DNA of 54,584 nucleotides, filler included, from Catajapyx aquilonaris (Eukaryota), in assembly GCA_000934665.2 (NCBI GenBank). It is 2 parts of 2 records of this genome, joined end to end, with 100 filler letters (N's around TTAATTAATTAA, not from the genome) between each part and the next. Parts side by side here need not be neighbours in the genome. Positions count along the whole stretch, not along the records: positions 1 to 27,210 come from JYFJ02005100.1; positions 27,311 to 54,584 come from JYFJ02005101.1. One strand, given 5' to 3'. Positions 23,383 through 34,191 of this stretch are shown one piece after another; the stretch's first letter is position 1; the number at the start of each line of letters is the position of its first letter. The notes under the pieces were generated by a model. It saw nothing but the letters and a program-made list of their open reading frames with translations, did not search any database and was not told the DNA's origin. Made by a program: the position numbers and the translations under genes.

Positions 23383-23982
23383 CAGTAAAACTTCTATAAG
23401 TCGAATCTCCATGGGACCGGAAAAAAACTTCGAGTTATAGAAGATTCGAGTTAGAGAAGTTTGTATTTTTTTAAAGCACAGAACTCTATATGGAAGCCTA
23501 CCTTTATATCCAGCAACGAAAGGTGTTCAAAAATTAAAAATAACTGTCACTATCACACTTACAATGTTCCTCGTTGTTTTGTTGTAAAAAAATCTTCGTT
23601 ATGGAATTTTCCTACTCTTCGATTCAAGGATTCAATTATCACAATCGAGTCAAACACTTCTTTCGGTACGTCTGGTAGACGGAGATCAGGAAATTGCGGA
23701 GCCTTTCTGTACATGTGGCCTACTCTCGACCCTTCGGCTGGGAAATGAGAAAATTTTCCGTACTCGCCAACATGAACTTCGACTTAGGGAGACTGAAAAT
23801 GCATTGATACCCCATCGTAAGGCCCTGCCTGCACTTCGAGTTATGGGGAACTTCGAGTTATAGAAATTAGGGTTAGGGAAGTTTATTTCCCATTATTTTA
23901 CATTGTGACCAACCAAACTCATCATTTTCTTTGACTTATAGAGAACTTCGACTTAGGGAAGTTCGACATAGAAGTTTTACTG
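23383..23982. mobile_element. Full ~600-bp pogo/Tigger-like MITE
   Basis: TA-cagtaaaacttcta ... tagaagttttactg TIRs; multiple ttcgagtta/ttcgactta subterminal motifs. Confidence 0.85.
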
Positions 23983-24489
23983 CAACTTTTGATGATACTA
24001 CTAGAAGGAATTTCAGGTGAGAAAGTCATCTGTTCTTAACGAAATTCTTTGCTTGGCAGGCAGGTTCGGTAATTCCGGAGTAAATGCATTTTTCACGCAA
24101 ATTACGACAAAGGCTAGGGGGATGATCATTAATACTTGCAAAATTGCTAAGACAGTAGGAAATAGTGCTGGGCAACACCCTGCACCACGAAAGTGCTGCA
24201 AACGACAATAGAGTCCCTACAATTAGGTGTCCCACCACTGTCCCAAAGGCGGCCCATCACTGTGAAAAGTGTGCCATTACTACTCTTTTGTGACTTTTTT
24301 GGAACTATTCATTACCAAAAATGACAGTAAAGGAAAATTTCAAAATTACAGTTGCTCCTTGAAAGATAACATTATGAAGATTCCGAAAAAAATATAATCA
24401 AACTGCAGATGTAATTACTGTGGGTCATGTGACGATGCGAACTTGGAAAATTTCTTAAGTGTCCCATAACTGTATGGTTTACCCATCCA

Positions 24490-26305
24490 AGTGGTGGCCA
24501 TAATTATATTACCTTTTTGTAGTTTTGGGCATAACTTTTTTCAGAGTTATCCGATTGAGCTGAAAGTTTAACATGCTATGCACAAAGGGATTTGAAGACA
24601 ATATGTAATATTTGAAGAATTTCTGAGTTGTATGAGAAAAATAAACAATGTTTTTGTTTATTTTTTCACGTACTTCAAAATTAAACAAAATCTTCAAACA
24701 ACCATAACATTCTGAAAACACAACCAAATGCTACAAAACTTGACTATCTAATCAGTCACATCTTTTACTTGGTCTGATAACCCTTCGCGTTGGCGACAGT
24801 TTGACATCTGCGAGGCATTGAGGCGACCAACGTGTCCAACACCGATTCTGGGATCTTCTTCCACTCTACCGCCAGTTGCTTGTACTTAGCGGTGGTACTG
24901 TATGCTCTTTTGTTCTTCAGATGACATCCCAGATCCTCCCATAAGTGCTCGATCGGATTGGGGTCCGGAGATCAGTTTGGCCAGTCCATTATGCCCACCC
25001 TCTACTGGTGCAGCCAAGTGCGGAGGAGTGCTTTGGGTCATTGTCATGCTGGTACAGTAGGGATTGGCCAAAAGCACTCCTTGCATATGGACGCAGTACT
25101 TCTTGAAGGATATCCCTGCATACCTCTTTGGTCAAGTTATCTACAATTCGATGCAGGAGATCGATTCCAATAAAGCTGAAGCAGCCCAATCTCAACTGGA
25201 TACAGAGACAGTGGTGCGACGTCTTCGGATTAGACTAATCTTAGTGTCTGATGTTTGGAACTGATGGAATTGCCTATGTTCATCGTCCCAACTTTGGGAC
25301 GATGAACATAGGCAATCACCTTTAGGTGATCTCAAGCACTAGATGCTGACCGACAGGCAATGCGGAGGATCCATGATAATCTGGGGCTGCTTCAGCTCTC
25401 TTGGAATCGATCTCCTCCACCGAATTGTAGGTAACTTGACCAAAGAGGCGTGCAAGGATGTCCTCCAAGTCCAAGAAGTCATGTGCTTTTGGCCAATCTC
25501 TACTCTACCAGCATGACAACGCACTTGGCTGCACCAGTAGAAGGTGGCCATAAAGGACTGGCCTAGCTGATCTCCGGTCCCAAATCCGATCGTACGGGAG
25601 GATCTGGGATGTCATCTGAAGAACAAAAGAGCATCTAGTACCACCGATAAGTACAAGCAACTGGAGGTAGAGTGGAAGAAGATCCCAGAATCGGTGTTGG
25701 ACAAGTTGGTCGCTTCAATGCCTCGCCGATGTCAAACTGTCATCGACGTCAAGGGTTACCAGACCAAGTACAAGATGTGAATGATTAGCTTGTCAAGTTT
25801 TGTAGCATTTGGTTGGGTTTTCAGAATGTTATGGTTGTTTGAAGATTTTGTTTAATTTTGAAGTACGCTTGAAAAAAATAAACAAAAACATTGCGTATTT
25901 TTCTTCTACAACTCAATAATTATTCTTCAAATCTTACATATACTCTTCAAATCCCTTTGTGCATAGAATTTTAAAATTTCAGATCAATCGGATAACTCTG
26001 AAAAAAGCTATGCCCAAAAAACAAAAAAAGTAAGATAATTGAAGACCTCGGGAGAAAGACGATCAAGGTCCACCTTCTGTCAAAAATGAGTTACATATCT
26101 CAGAAGATAAAGTCACTAGCGTAGAATATGCTGGTTTGGTTGTGGTTGCGGAGTAATGATCATAGGTCACTATGGAAGGCCCCGAAAGTGGGATTTACAA
26201 TGGAGCCTTATAAGCCTTCGAAATTTAAAATGGGAATATCTGAGTTTCACCTGAGGTGGACCTTGATCGTTTTTCTCCCGAGGTCTTCAATTATGGCCAC
26301 CACTG
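24490..26305. mobile_element. Fold-back Tc1 (DD34E) element with decayed transposase 3' halves in both arms
   Basis: Termini (a)gtggtggccataatt / aattatggccaccactg; - strand GCFSFIG..IVDNL..QHDNDPKHSS..DWPN*SPDPNPIEHLW; + strand GGSMIIWGCFSSLG..; arms are inverted copies over ~700 bp. Confidence 0.85.
26041..26288. mobile_element. MITE with 4-bp AATT TSD (Sola1-like) inserted in the Tc1 right TIR
   Basis: TIR gaagacctcgggagaaagacgatcaaggtccacct / aggtggaccttgatcgtttttctcccgaggtcttc; AATT at 26037-26040 and 26289-26292. Confidence 0.75.
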
Positions 26306-26496
26306 AAGAGAGGGTTTCTTTTCCGAATCTCTCGCAACGGTTTATTCGCCTGCATACAATAGTAAGGAACGGTTTTGTCAATTCTACCACATCCATAACT
26401 GTAGTCAAAATTCTTACAGTCAAATCATTCAAAATCTAAATTCTCATTTTTTGTTATTTTTCAGTGACCTTTATGCATTTGACTCACCACGGATTA

Positions 26497-26633
26497 ATGC
26501 CCGATTGAACCAACCGAAATTACCGATTTGATAGTGATAGCTCCTAATGGATCGTTAGGAGCCCTTTTAACGTGTCCTAACGATCTGTTAGGAGCTATCG
26601 AATCGGTAATTTTGTTGGTGCAATCAGACATAA
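26497..26633. mobile_element. Small palindromic Harbinger-like MITE
   Basis: tgcccgattgaaccaac..aaattaccgatt..gatagctcctaa / ttaggagctatc..aatcggtaattt..gttggtgcaatcagaca, TAA-like flanks. Confidence 0.55.
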
Positions 26634-27120
26634 GTTTTCGCAATACCCTCTTAGTTTACTCCAAAAAAAAGCTGTTTTTGCACCTCTGATGTCATTGCCT
26701 CTCCCCATGAGATCTTTTCATCCAGAGCTGTTTTCTCCTCATGACCAAAGAAGTGGTAGTTCATACTATAGGAGGAAATTTTGGGAGTGGAAGGGAGTGT
26801 GGACGGTTGATGAATAAACCACCTTTTACGAGTTGGGTATTCCAAAACCTGCTTGATGGAGGTACTGTACAGTACAAGTGTATGAACAGTGCCTCCCGAT
26901 AAGATACGTAAATAAAATATTATGTATATTTTCCTCTTTGAAGTGTACATGTGCACTTACACCTCGTGATTACATGCAATCATTTTCCATAAGAAAGCAC
27001 TAGAGCTGTAGCCTTCTTATGCTTTCGTCTGATAACTCGACAAGGTCTTATTACGTGAGTGGCCAACTCCTTGGTATTTTCATTATCATGTCCAGCCTAT
27101 GTGCTTTGCTTTTACATTAA

Positions 27121-27210
27121 TCTAATACATATTTCTAGACGTATGTCTGTCTCTCCTGTTATTCGCTATGCAAATCCGTACGGAGGCCCCGACATATGCC
27201 CCAGGGGTTT
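27121..27210 (+). mobile_element. 5' end of a non-autonomous Helitron-like repeat, cut by the gap
   Basis: A|TCtaatacatatttctagacgtatgtctgt; reverse-complement homolog at 34110-34190. Confidence 0.55.
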
Positions 27211-27310
27211 NNNNNNNNNNNNNNNNNNNNNNNNNNNNNNNNNNNNNNNNNNNNTTAATTAATTAANNNNNNNNNNNNNNNNNNNNNNNNNNNNNNNNNN
27301 NNNNNNNNNN
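27211..27310. other. Artificial assembly/concatenation spacer (N44-TTAATTAATTAA-N44)
   Basis: Exactly 100 bp, symmetric, with a six-frame-stop 12-mer in the middle. Confidence 0.95.
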
Positions 27311-27422
27311 CATTGATTAAGCTGGTGCTGACACTTACTCAGTATGTGATCAATCATGAAGCACCAAAAATCCATGGTCTATATTGCATCGTCGGTAGAT
27401 GAAATTACCCGACATTTTGTTT

Positions 27423-28250
27423 GGGTCTCGGACTTTTCGCCCCCGGCATATTGGCCCCCGTGACAATTTCGCATATTGACATATTGACATTGAATTTGTT
27501 GACCTGTACATTGTTTATCCTGGTGGGTTTAGAGTGGGACGAAGTATCGCAGCAGACAAAATGGTGTGTGACCTGCTCTGGTGGTCTCCAGGGTGCAAGT
27601 GGGGGAAGGAGGAGGTTCCTCCCAGGCTGCCACGTGGCATCCCAGCCTCTTCTCGGAAAGTCTCATCGATCGAAAAGAGTCGGAATTATTCTCATGTGGG
27701 CCACTTTCCCCCTTTTCCTCTCCCTTCCCCAGCTCTGCACAGGAGTTTTTATCAGAACACTGTCATGGAGCAATGGCCAAGGCTCTTTTTGCTGCTGGTA
27801 AGACGGGCAAGAGAGATTACCCCGTGTTATAAATTGCTCCCTGGATTATAGTGTGTAAGATAGCGCGTAATACTGTAATGCCATATAGGGGTTTTTGTAG
27901 GGTGAAACGACGCAGCTGAACCCTGGAGGGTACAGTGTGTTTGGTAAATCCATATATAGGGGGTTTCGACGAGTTTTCTTTGAGGTGTTGTTGGAGCATC
28001 ATAAGGTTTGTCATGCGTTGCGTCTATGTGATTCAATTTTTTGTAAACTCCTGTCGAGAATATTAAAGGCTCAGATTGTGAATGCCTGGAATGAAAATGT
28101 TTCAGGTGAGTTATACAGTGTAGGGGTGCATTGGAAAGGTGCAGCTGTTACGTTTTTGATAAGGTTTCACTGTGTGTTCATATTTCGAGATGGGCACGTC
28201 AGAGCTGAATTTAATATTGCAGGAAAATTCGTGTAAAATAATATGATCCT
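27423..28250 (-). mobile_element. MULE/Mutator-like remnant with one TIR
   Basis: gggtctcggacttttcgcccccggcatattggcccccgtgacaatttc is homologous (inverted) to 43454-43530; weak decayed coding sequence internally; inner boundary uncertain. Confidence 0.4.
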
Positions 28251-30624
28251 GCTACTTTGAAAGGCTTTCCTTCTGGTTTAGTAAAGCATGTTATAAATAT
28301 GTTGGTTTAATTTTGGCCTCATATTTTTGTAACAACATTAGAATATGTGAGTGCCGGTACTGACAGTATTTCAGCTCATAGTAAAGCATGGATAATTAAA
28401 AATACATCATCTACTTGGATAACAACTGCATTAAATTGATTCGATAGCACATGGTCAAGCAAGACAGACCGTGCATGATTGTCTAATAACGATATTTTTG
28501 ACACTCACGTCACAACGTAATTTTTAAATAATTACCCTGCTTTTTATCAACAACCAAGTAGAATATATTAAATGTTTGGGGTGCGTGGGCAATACTTGTA
28601 CAGTAAACAGTGCGGTGCTAATATTATTGTTTTATTTTAAATACCATAAATATTTCTATATAGTATTATGTACGCACACATTATTTGTTGGCAGTCAATC
28701 ATACTGTAATTACAATGGCATACAATAATACATCATGCGCTCCCAATACTTCTAGTATTGACATGGCAAATATTTTTCTACTGATGTTTAGAAAATGTCG
28801 CAGCATGTCAAGACCCTGAATATTCATGACTCTTTGCAAATAGTTGCCCATGGGTATTTCGTGTCCCCCATACCTTTCATCAAATCCAATTCCGCGCAGA
28901 AAACAATCGGCTAAACGAATTCTCTTGTTGCGTCGCACTAATCACTTTTACATTAAAAGCTTTGTAAAATTCATAAAGGTTAGGCAAATATTAGGCTACC
29001 TCCTGCGCACCGTCCTGCAGTACACAGATTGTACACACAGTACAGTGCGCCCTACATGCAAATTTCCCTGACAGAGCCATAAACCCTTGGGATCGGAGAT
29101 TTCCCAGCGCTCTCACACTCCTTTGATCATCTCTCAAGAAGAGTGTAGTCTCAGATTCTCAGAACCCTTTCTGAGATGAAAAAGGAAGAATTTCTCCGCC
29201 ACTTTCTTTTTTCCAAAAGAACACCATCAAGGGAATTAGCTGGCTTCCATGCTTGTTTGGAAAGTTCGCAACATCTTCGGGTTGGCTGGAGTAGGATTTA
29301 CTCGCAGAGATTAATCAAAGTCGTTTCCAAAAGGTGTCGTTTCATCTGCAGAGAAACATGGGCCTGCTCTGTGCAATGCTACTCCACGTCAAACACGATT
29401 CGGATAAGCACCACAGGTTCTAAACCCACTTCAATATCCAGCTTAGAATTCACCAGGTGACTTCACAGTGTCTCTGCAAATGACAAATCATTACATGAGA
29501 TATGGATTCACTCCCAATCTCTCTATGAAGTCAAAACATTTTTTTTCGTCTATACGAGGGGGAATACGAGAACCCTCGTATAGGGGGAAATATCAACCTA
29601 TGAAATAAGCAACTAATGAAAATAAGTATATATATGAAAATGATGAGTGGAAACAACTGGCACTTGCAACTTGCAAAACAAATCTGGCAACTTCTGCTTC
29701 CAGCATGGGTTGGAAACAACCCCATTCTTAACTTCCAAAAAGAGGAGGTTGTGTACCATTTTTTCCTCGTTTCCCTAGTGCTTTCCAGTCCGACGGAAAA
29801 CAGCAGCTGACATTTGACTTTCTGGCACCTAGCCAGATGCCTCTCTGGAATATTTGGACCCAAAAAGTTTCTCTCGGGGTCTCTCCCCAAAAAGTTGAAC
29901 ACTAACGCAAGGCCCCACCCGATTACATTTCCTTTGAAAACTCCCCAACAACTCTTTATTCACCCACTTGATGAGTTTGTAAATGCTGGTCATTAAGGGA
30001 GGCGAATGGATAAGCTGCGGGCCCATTCTGTGTGCCAATGGGACTTTCCATTTGAATGCATTTACTCTTTCAAAAAAAAACGCAGCAAGTTTTGGAATGC
30101 AAAATTGCATACAACTGCATCCAGAATATTGTTTGAAACAGCAAAAGTATTGGCATATGTACTTCTTTAATATTAAGGAGTCAACTCTGAACAAACTTTT
30201 TCAATGATATTTCACCCTACCAAAAAAAATGGTATCAACCCCTCCTGTAGAAATACACTCCCCTTTTTCCTAGCACATAACTCAATCTGGCCACGATGAG
30301 TGAGCCACAAAAACAGATCTGAAAAGGCTCTCCTGGACCCGATCCCGGAAGTCACAATGGAATCGGATCTCTAATCCCCTTTCTCTTTGTCAAGTTCAGA
30401 GGACCCGTTTTTTATCCGACCATCATCTTCTTCCTCCGTTTTTCCCCTCCCTCCATCCCCACCTCTCTTCTACAGCAAAAGTAAACGTTTCCAAAGAGTC
30501 TGGGCTGACCTGCTGAGCAGGGGCGCGGTGTGGTCGACATAAAGTCAGCTTAATGAAACTATCTGTCAGATCCAGGTGGGAAAAGTCTGGTAGGGAAAAA
30601 AGAAGGCATGAATCAGAAAACTCA

Positions 30625-30777
30625 TAAGTATCGAAAATCGATATTGGATAAATTTAGATATTATCGAAAAAACTGCATCGGCAATCGATATTTGATATAT
30701 TTCGATACATTTTAAACCGGAGATATCGCGATATTTTTATATAAAAAAATTGACGTTCGATATAACAAAATCACTGG
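30625..30777. repeat. ATCGA/TCGAT-rich repeat, probably a hAT-like MITE end
   Basis: Clustered tatcga/tcgata motifs ending in aaatcactg. Confidence 0.3.
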
Positions 30778-31325
30778 CTATAGAATTCACGTAGCTTTTG
30801 CCAGGAAATGAGCTCAGTATCATAAAGCGCACCCGATTTCTATTCAGCTTCTATGTGGAGGTAATCAAAGGGGAGGGGAGAGGCATATAAAGCGGGGCTT
30901 GCTATTTCTATACTGATGATCTGCTGCCTGCGCTGCTTAGAGGCTTAACTTTCGAGAGAGAAACTAATGAACATGTTTTATTTATGCTTGAATCCCTTTG
31001 CTTAATTTTTGCAACCGATAAAGAGCTTTTTTGATATTTTTAGCGTGAATACTGTATATGATCACATCGCGGTTTCAGCACGAGTAACCAGAGATATGGG
31101 GTCATGTAGGCATATACGAGGTAATTTTTTTAGAGGGGGGATTGTGGTATATGGTGGGTTTTTTTATCAGATTATTGGTCAACAGCTCTATTTTTTGACA
31201 GAGGCTTTCCAATTAGGTGCATAATAAGTTAAGAGTAAAGTACAGTCACCATTAATGATCATTATTGATCAATTAATATCGCACGTCATACTGTAGTCAG
31301 GCTCTAATGCAAACTGCTCTTTATA

Positions 31326-31583
31326 CAGGGTGTTAATCCTAAGCGTGTCACCAGAAAATGTGGTGGTAGAGGGCGCAGGTGTGAGCATTTTTGCATAAGG
31401 AACAAGGGGTCGGAAACGCACCCTCACCAAGTTACGCCCCTTTCAAGTTTGCGGCAGACAGTGTGCAAGAGGCGTGCCACGCGGCGGAGTGACTCGGTGA
31501 GGGTGCGTTTCCGACCCCTAGTTCCTTATGCAAAAATGCTCACACCTACGCCCTCTACCACCACCTTTTCTGGTGACACCCTG
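31326..31583. mobile_element. Palindromic Tc1/mariner-type MITE
   Basis: TA-cagggtgttaatcctaagc...; ~100-bp inverted arms; second copy at 38301-38539. Confidence 0.8.
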
Positions 31584-33918
31584 TGACAGTTTTCTGCTAC
31601 ATTTTTGAAGACCTTGTCTGAAATTATGCACAGATGGCCAAAAAGTGAACCATCCGTAGTTTGCCAGCAATATTAAGAGCAATCAAATAATGTGTAGTAA
31701 ACACACACAAAAATCAGCCATCACTTGACAAACATGTTCCGGGCTTTCCCTCCTGTGCAAACATTCTCTAGCAGCAGCCAAGATCCGGATCGTCCGATAT
31801 CTCCTTTGGCGTACTTGATTCTATCACATTTCCCCAGGCACCAGTGTAAGTTCTCAAATTCCAGGAAAAGGAGAGAGAGAGAAGAGAAGAGGGGTTCTCT
31901 TCCCTTTGAGCATTCGAAAGCAGGAAACAGCAGAAGTGAGTCGTCTGCATTTGGACCTAGGAAGCAAACCCACCTCAAATCCTGATGAGCACCTTTATTC
32001 TTTGAGTTATAGCGAATTCTAGGGTTTGCTGAAAGCTGGCCTCCCCTTTTCCTTTTCTGCGCAAACCTACGCCGGACGGAAGTGCCTAACTCAATTTCCG
32101 CGGCACCTTTCCGCTTTCCGCGAGGCCTATAGTCTACAACTATCCTACGTACTACCTTCAAACTCTAGCTGCCAAGCTCCCCCCCCCCCTCAAGAATTAA
32201 TCTCAAGAGTGAGGCGCTTTTGTGGCCTCAGAGTTTCCTGGGTTTGGTTTCGCTCGTGTCCACTATGCCAGGAGCATGCCGGATTAACAGGGGGGGCTGC
32301 CTCAACTTTACGCTGTTTCGGATTAACACCAGCACTTCAAGGAATTAAGCCCATGATGTTCCAACAGGCTGAAACAAATGTGCCATTGATGTCCAATATT
32401 TGGTATCAAATCCAGGTTAATTGGATATGCGTGTCCTCGATAATCAGCATACATCATGCACAAGGAGCGGGTTCAAATGTATGTATCAGCGTGTCATAAT
32501 CCAATTTGGTAAGCGTCGAGTTTTGCACATATTTTGGAACATAATTAATAGCTAACCTCCAACGCGGTATGTACCATGGAATTTCCTACTTTAATTAACG
32601 AGATAGTGCGCAAGTGCATAATTTACTTGGTATTAAAACATTTTTTAAAAATGAGTGAGTGCATAATTGACACTCCAAGCAGTTAGAGGTCACAAAAGGA
32701 TGTCCTGGAGCGTTTTCCTAGCTAGAAAGATGGAGGAAAAATAAAAAAGTGAGATTCGAAAGTGAGAGAAGCTGCGTGCTTTTCTGTCTGCTTCTCCTTC
32801 CCCTCGTATGCCAACACATCCCCATCGATCCAGCCACGGCCACGGGGCTCAACCCCTGGGTCAATAGACCCCCCCCCCTCCCCTTTCTACCATCCTACCC
32901 TCCTACCCACCACACCCACCCCTCTGGCCCCAGTCCCTGAATTGCAATTCCCACCCATCCACAACTACAGAACGCCCACCTTCTTGGTTCAGATCCTACA
33001 AATGTTTGAAGACATTCGCAAATTTTCAAAAAAAAAGTGGGCAAAACTTTTGAAACATGTAGTACCACGTGTTGACAAACCAAGCAGGAAATACAGGCTG
33101 AAAAGTAAATTAATAACCCCTCCCCTTTTTGGAAAGTCCCGAAAGGATTGCAACGCATTATCTGAGAGTTCGTCAAGTTCTTAATGAATTAGGAATGGCA
33201 CACCGCATAGGTAGGGAACCAGGATAAACTCATTACGAATAGATGAATTCTCACATAATGCATTATAATCCACGTGGGAATAACAGGAGGGATGACTTGC
33301 CGCATCCCACTACTCTCCCCCCCCCCCTCCCCTCTAATGACATTAAGCAGATAGGAATTTCTTATCTGGTTTGTTTATATATGATCCACAGCAGTGTGCC
33401 AAATTCAGGCTTTCCAGAGGAGGTGTACCAACTGCAGCTAAATCTCGAGTGCGACAAGGGAAGATGAGAACCAGGCGTGGTTTTCAACCGTGTTTGCCGT
33501 TTCTTGGAGTGAGCAACTGAACAACGACAATGCTAAAAGCAGTCCTCAAATTGTCGTGTAGTATATGTCTGTAGTATATGGGGAGTGAGTTTCAATTGAT
33601 TTCGGAGCTCCAGCCCTGCATTAGCTTCCCAACACCTTATCTGTGGAGCCTGGCACTTTATAAATAATGTATGGGAAGGGGGTTGTATTGTGATGTTCAA
33701 GCTCTCGGAATAGGATTTCTGGAGGTGGGTATCAAGGGTGGATTTAAGTTGTTAAAATGGTGGGGGATGTAACAGGGACCGCTAACATAAGTTGACTGAA
33801 CGCCTTTCAAGCAGTCCCCCGAACGTCCAGTTAATCCAGCGTCCTATATGTAGGACACTTGTTACACTTTAGTTATTGCGTTAGTTATTCATTTGCCAAT
33901 AATATTTTTAAAAATAAC

Positions 33919-34191
33919 TATCAGGATACCCGGCGTTGATAGCGTTAGGAAATACTTTTCCATAGGAGTAACTCATTGATGTAACAGAGACACTCATTGA
34001 TGTAACAGCTTCAACAATGACTGCCTTTTCGCCTCCTGCGGCCAAGGATGACCTCGGAGGTCAAGTCCAACGTGCTAAAAACCTTCCCCGTTAAAAACTA
34101 CCCCTAATGATCACCCTAGGGCAAATTTCGAGGCATCCATACTTATTTGCATCGCGAACATACAGACATACGTCTTGAAATATGTATAATA
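33919..34191 (-). mobile_element. Short non-autonomous Helitron-like repeat
   Basis: Shares its 5' end with 27121-27210; other end actatcaggatacccggcgttg resembles the reverse-complemented hairpin-CTAG 3' end; internal 17-bp direct duplication actcattgatgtaacag. Confidence 0.5.

Noticed and set aside
31721..33184. Longest ORFs in the right half (140-157 aa)
   Set aside because: No recognisable domains, mostly non-ATG starts, overlapping on both strands; consistent with chance ORFs
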